From Octopus bimaculoides (Eukaryota), in assembly GCF_001194135.2 (NCBI RefSeq), contig NC_068985.1, forward strand, positions 88,929,892-88,970,890: a stretch of 40,999 nt of DNA, given 5' to 3'. Below the pieces are notes generated by a model. It was not told the origin of the DNA, searched no databases, and saw only the letters and a list, made by a program, of their open reading frames with translations. Position numbers and translations under genes: made by a program. Positions 34,126 to 40,999 of this stretch are shown one piece after another. Within the stretch, counting starts at the first letter, position 1, and the number at the start of each line of letters is the position of its first letter.

Positions 34126-36587
34126 TATATGTGTGTGTTTGAGTGTGTGAATGCGTGTGTGTATGCCTATACATAGAGACATATAAACATATATATGCAT
34201 TTATGCATAAACATATATCCATATGTGTTTGTGTATGTGTGCATGTGCGCGCGTCTGCATGTGTGTATACATTTATGTGAGATACAGTGTAACAGTTTCT
34301 GTGTGAGTATATTCGTGTGTGGTCTACGTGTGTTACTATGAATTTGTTTTTCGTGTGTGTGTATCTGTGTGGTTACAGCAAACAAATACATAGCATAGGA
34401 AGTGTAGTGTGTGTCAGAAATATGTCTGTTAAAATTTGGCAATCAATACATAAGTTACCGAGACTTAAGGTATAAATAACAGAAATTAATATCCCATTAA
34501 TATAATTACAAATATATATTTCCTAAATGCTGCAAGCTTGAAATTTTTTTTTTCTTCCTATTTATTTCATTCTTTTGTGTCTCTCCGATATTTTCAATGT
34601 TTCTCTTATGCAATTTGGTGAGAATTTTATTTCAACATTTGTTATTGAAAATTTTCTGTCTACATCATTAACAGTATTCTATATGGCATTCTTTTCTTTG
34701 TAGGTTTATAATCTTCCCTTACATAATATTCAATTTAAGCTTTGGCACATTTCCAGACAATAACTGGGAGCATATATTTCATTAAATTCTATGGTATACT
34801 TATCTGGTATTTTGACTTATCGAGCCGTGTCTGTGAAAAACTAAAATAAATATCAGCTGGATTTGAACCAAATCCTCTAACGATAAAATTTTGAATGTAC
34901 GCAACATGCTTTTCTTTCGGTCGCCTGTTTCTCTTATTCTGGTTACAACCCTTTCATTCCGGTTTCTCAGCCAGATATAAATATGCAGTTTCTGGCATTA
35001 TATTCTGCCAGGAAAAACGATGTAACGTTTGATAGTGTCATAATAAGGATATATATATATATATATATATAAACAGAGAGATATACGTTTGCGTGACAAA
35101 ACAGTCCATAATATGCAGATTGTGTATCGGGATTAATATTCTCTCTTTCTCCTTTTTTTCTCTGCCTACCGGTGTGTCTCTGTCTCCCCCAATCTGTGTC
35201 TCCCTATCTTTCATTCGTTATTTATCTATTTCTTGATATCCTTCTCTGAAGAAAGGGTCCACGGAGAAACTATTGCAGAAAGAAAACAACGTATCCTGGA
35301 ATCGATGTATTTTTGAGTGGCATTCTTTCCATTTAAAGTAATTCGACAAAAGACGATATTTTGTTGGAAATGTTTATGAATGTATAGTGTTTGTTATATG
35401 TCGAATTTTGCTCGTGTATTATTCATTGAAAATCTCTAGGTATATCTTACTTACGGTGATATCAGTTATTGCAATAGGACACGAGCTCACGAAACAATAA
35501 ATTGTCTTACACCTCTGCTAGCACCAACGGAATTGTATGGTATGCATTACATGGGTAGCATGTTGTTACCTTCATGGAAAGAAACCGAAAAAATTGGTTT
35601 ATATTTGATTCTGCTCCCGGATTTCTAATACAATTGGAATAGAAATAAAGAATATTCACTCCGCTTGAATACCCACACTGAAATTCTGCGACGTACTCAC
35701 CATAGTCTTTTAAGATAGTGTATATAAAAGTGAATTCAAAAATATGTTTTGTAATAGGAGAAAATATATTTTCTGAAAAGATTTTACGGTTTGGAAACGG
35801 CTGGAGACTTTGCCGAAGAAGACATTGCTCAAACAATCATGAGGTAAAGGCAATGAAAAGTTGCTAAAACAACAACAAACTAAGAAAATGAATACACAAA
35901 GATCAATTCGTGCTCTTGCGATCAGATTCTGTAATATCTCCCGCTATAGGTCATCTAAAAATTATTAACCTTGGTTATTATGTAAACCGCAGATGTCGTA
36001 TACAAACACTTAAATCAGCTTTCTGTTATATAGATTGCCTCCTTTGATCCTCAATTGCTTATCTTACGTGTTATGTGTGATTTAGTTATTAGAAAGGATC
36101 ATTAAGCAGGTAAAGAATGGTAAGAAACATATGTTAGGAAGGGTTATGGATTACAGCTAGAGTTGTAGGAACTCACTCGTCTGTATTATTATTCGTATTG
36201 TTTTTATTGTTGTTGATGTTGTTTTTCTAATTATTGAGTGAGAGAGCAGCGCATATCATCAAAGTAAAACGAGGGTGGGGGTATACATATATATGAAACC
36301 CTGTATACAGATCATGCTTACCGGTATTTCGACTTACATTGTGACATACGACTCATAACGTGAACTCATGAACACAATCCCTCCACTCAAACACACTCAA
36401 ATACGCACACACGCAAACAAACACTTACACACACACATACACACACATGCATATAATTTCACCCAGGCCCCGAGAGTAGTAGAAGCAAATAAATGAAAAA
36501 TGTGTAGTAAGCCCACAATAAACTGAGTATTGTGTTAATTTGAACCTATATTTGATCTCTATATTAACCCCGGTAATATTACTATGT

Positions 36588-36804
36588 TCAGTGAAGGCGG
36601 TGAGCTGGCAGATTCGTTAGTACGCTCGGCAAAATCCTTTGCGGCATTTCGTCCGTCTTCGCGAACTGAGCTTAAATTGTGCCACGTTCAACTTTGCCTA
36701 TCGTCATTTCGTGTTTGATAAAATAAATATTAGCTTAGTACTGGGGTCGATATATCAAGTTACACACTCCCTCGAATTTACTGGCCTTGCGCGAATTGGG
36801 AACC
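36588..36804 (+). mobile_element. SINE family B copy with 13-bp TSD
   Basis: AATATTACTATGT at 36575-36587 and 36805-36817; head GAAGGCGGTGAGCTGGCAGATTCGTTAG. Confidence 0.85.
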
Positions 36805-39800
36805 AATATTACTATGTAAGGTAGTCCCTATATCACTTTACTGGAAGCAGAGTATATAGTGATTTCTCAAAATGGTTCTTGAAATTTGCCGCTTAACACT
36901 TTTTCAATTCTTCATGTAAAAATAAAGAAGTATATAAAAATATTAAAAGAATATTGTAACATGTATCTTTTGGGAGGAAGTTTAGAACTGTGTGTAAACT
37001 AATTTACTGTTTATAGCTTGTCATTATGCAGCACTCGATAAGGGCACCCGTATATCTTAATATTAAAAGCCATACGTCGCTTAGCGCTTTGTTGTGGAAA
37101 TCCAGGTGGATTTCATTGAAATAATGGATTGCCATATCAGTCAAATGTGAAGATATCTGCGTAGCATAAGATTTATATGAATAGAAATTAATTCAGTGTC
37201 ACTCTGCTTCTAATGATTTATAAAATCATGTGTATAACAGATGACACAAGACTTCTATTGAATTTGAAATTCCAAGTCTGAATATCATCTTAACAATACC
37301 ATAAAATAGATTTCTTCCTGCACCATATTCTAGTCTTAGTAGTAAAAAGCGTGTTGGGTAATTTGATAATGGTTTCAACATATTCGTATTATCTCCCATT
37401 ATAAATAAGAATGTTTAAACGTGAAATTGTACGCTGTCCTACACACACAATTACACACTTACAAAGAATCATAATCTACATTAATAGAATGACAGAAAAA
37501 TAAAATATATGGGAAAATGCAATGGATCCCGAATTTTGTTTTGCGTAATAAAATAACGCACAATATTCAATGAAACGCATGGTTAAATGGAGATATAATC
37601 AAATGATAGTTACCTAATGTAATTTTTAAGATATTTTTCTACAAGCTATTTGTTGGAATTCGATCTCTGTCACTTTCCAGTTGGGTAGCATTGATATACG
37701 GGTCAATAAAGATAAAATGCACTTCAATGCACCATTGAAATGCAACAATGAAAATGCATTTCTGTTTCATTTTTATTTAATTGCCGAAAGAATTATACAC
37801 ATGGTAAATTAATAATAGATTAATTATATTAATTAATTATTCATTTCTAGCAATACATAATCAGTATCTAGTAACATCAGGCATTTCCTACTTTTCAGAT
37901 ATTTAGGTACGCGCCATTTTTATGACTGAATCATTGAGTAATACTTTCAGTTGTCACTGTACATTTATTCAAAATGAAACAGAAATGAAAGGCTAAAAAT
38001 ATTAAAATGATAAGTGTAATCACATTTATCAGCTTCTTCATTCTGGCAATACATTTGTGCATTTTTTATCTTCCTTTATTTTCTTTAATTGTGTTTCTCT
38101 CTGTCAGATCTAATCTATAGCCTATTAATCGAATATCATTTTTGCATTGGATTTAACGTTTTATAATATGTTTTTAGAATAGGATTATAATTTGCGAATA
38201 AACGGCATCTGCTTCCCTCCTAACATGTATTTCGGAGATTTACTTTTACAATTTCTTTAAAATGCGCCATTATTCACTCAACAAGTTTTTCAATATCACA
38301 TTTTAATTATTTATTTGTTGCTTTTATTTTCACTCTTCTATTGCTCATCTGCATCTTAAATGTCATCTGTCTTTACAAAAGAAAATTGCATCTTAGAAAT
38401 TCCAAAAGAAATGAAACGGCAATAACTGCTCCTTATCTGATATATTGTTCTCTTTTACACCACTTGGCTGCCATTTCCATTTTCCGTTGCAAAATCATTG
38501 ACATTTTCTTAAAAAACACTTTTTGAAAATTCTTTATTCAACTTTTAACTTCCATTCTCTATCTTTGTTGACATCTATTAAGACTCATTTCTTCACTGAT
38601 GTATTTTTCTTTTATGTTGGAAGATATACATAAAAGATTATTTCTCAATTGTTTCCTAGATTTGCCTCCTTTAGTATTTTATATTGAATTTCTTATGCCT
38701 TTCTAATTTTCAATCATACTTTTAAATTATATAGCGATTTTTATTTATTATCAAAGTTATTTCTACATTATATATCAAAAATAAGACATTAACTCTAAAA
38801 ACTCTGCAATAATTCTTATATGTCAGAGTGAAATGTTGCTTGCCATATGAAACTCGCATAACATTCAAGTGTTCAGATGGAAATAAATCAATGTTTATAT
38901 GTTTGTTTCATTATAAAAGTCGAGTTTCTTTCTGTAATCGAGTATTAAGTGCCATGAAATACAGTTGAACACAAAATCCTTAATATTCACACTTTAATAA
39001 CATTACTGATATTTTGTATTTATTCACTTCATAATAAAATATATCCTAAGTACAATTTTGCAACATTATCGTGTAAGAACATTTATATTTTGTAAAAATA
39101 AATTCGCATCAATACATAATAATATATCTTTAAAATATAAATTCTACTGAAAATTAGCCAACTTGAGTAAAAATCTCTAGAATCTCTCCGCATAGAGATA
39201 CAATGCAAACGTTTATCACATCTAAAAATGACTTTAAATATATGTGACATGCTATGTTAGATGGTATAGCAATATGTCGCAAATATCGGACGATGATCAG
39301 GGAGATAGATTGAACCAACGATTAAATGGGAACTCGGTGCCATAGAAGGACACAAAGATGTTAATGCGGTATTTTTTTATTATATACTCTATGACTCCCT
39401 GTTAAACCTACTAATAAATGTAAGTGAATTGGACAGATCAATTGACTATACATACGTATGCATTAAATACGCATTGAGAAAGTGTTTAAATTCCTAAAAA
39501 AATTTTACAACCGAATAAAGCTCTACATGTCGTATCTTATATTTTGCTAGTTTATAAAAATTTAAAGAACGAGTTCGAGGTTTAATTTCAATTCGTTTTC
39601 ACTCTACATGTGATCCCTCCGACGCAAACTTACAGAAGTGTTATATTGCGTATCGTTGCTACATTAAAAGTTCGAAAAATAATTATTAAAGTTGAAAGCT
39701 AATGTTACTACCTATTGGGTTTCTTTTAAATTTATAAAGTATTTACGAATATTGGTATTGTGGAAGCATCAAAACTATTATTGTAAATTGTGTGTAGACG

Positions 39801-40965
39801 CACGGACAAAAATTAACATGGTACAGGACCGGCAAGGTATTTTGATAATGCACCATCAAAGAAGGGTCATCTGATCGTATTACAACTAAAATAGCCAAAG
39901 CAACTACAAACTTTGCGTACAGTAGAAACAAATGAAAAAACAAAAAGAAAGAAATTACTAAAGAACAATGATGAGTGGAATAAATTCCACAAAAAAAAAA
40001 AAACCTCTGTGTGAAATATCAGTCATAAACAAGAGTACTAGTAAACAATAACAATAAAATGTTCAACAATATTCATAATTATGAAGAACTTCATTCCTTA
40101 TTTTTAACATAATTTAGTGGAAGAATTTTTTACCTGATTTTCATCACGAAATTCAGGAATTTTAACAAAAGAACGCTGCTGAAATATTATTTTCTCCTCG
40201 CAATAACTGCAGAGACGAAATTGCACGTTTTGCCACTAGGCCATTGTTAAAAATCTACAGGAAGCTGAGAAAAATATTCATGTCTAGATTAAAACAGAAG
40301 AATGATGTTGAGTCACCCTCTGATATTTTCCTTTGTTTTCGATATTTTTTAGCCGATACCATTCAATGCTTATCATGCCATTTTGTTATGAATAACGCAG
40401 ATAATTTATTATTAAATCGAAGCGACCCCATGTAGTCATATTAACTCCCTGTTGAAGAATTGGATCAAATGTTTATTTTGTTCGTGAATAACTTCAATAT
40501 TTTCTTGTCATTCAAAGAATTAAAGAATATAAGCAACCAAACAAATCGTTTAGAGTAACACTTAGTGCATTATGTGATTATAAGTTACAATTGGAATACT
40601 AAGAACGGTAGAAAATAATAGAAAGCATATATTCCACAAACAGTAGATGACAAGTTTCTAAAATAAAATTTACGAAAGTTGGCTGTAGCTTTAAATTATC
40701 TTACAAAATTTATTTTTTCATTTCTAAAATTTTGAAAACGGCATTTGACATATTATGGAAAAATATTCAACGCAGCAGAGAATTAATAAGAGTCCGTTCT
40801 ACGAATGTAACTGGAGACCAATTTCTTTAGAGATTAAAGTACGTATACTGTGGTTTAAAAAAAAATTCGTTTCAATTATCTGATACTTCGACTTGTTGCA
40901 ACTTTCATAGCACTTATAAATTCTTACCCTGCATATCTGAATAAAGAACCTAAAAAAGAGTCTTA

Positions 40966-40999
<34 letters not shown>

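Overview
AT-rich animal genomic DNA with nine N-gaps and many microsatellites. The SINE families look like those of Octopus (cephalopod); this is recalled from known families, not from a search. No host protein-coding gene is supported, and nearly all ORF-track entries are gap-, microsatellite- or transposon-derived. The window is a transposon graveyard. It holds a near full-length but dead D,D34D mariner (27383-28721), a second mariner fragment (14413-15105), a maT/DD37D-like fragment (25310-26040, minus), a palindromic mariner-type MITE (17062-17356), about 9 copies of one tRNA-SINE family and about 4 of another. Two structures stand out. (1) A tRNA-headed SINE whose 3' tail carries a minimal type-I hammerhead-ribozyme motif of the Penelope-like-element (PLE) kind. 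It occurs twice (25441-25813 with a perfect 16-bp TSD, and 33859-34125), each time with an inverted second tail copy fused to its 5' end, suggesting a SINE mobilised by PLE machinery. (2) A ~2.2-kb LINE-like insertion (1674-3835, 16-bp TSD) with apparently one ORF1-like ORF and no room for a reverse transcriptase, inserted between box A and box B of a SINE head.
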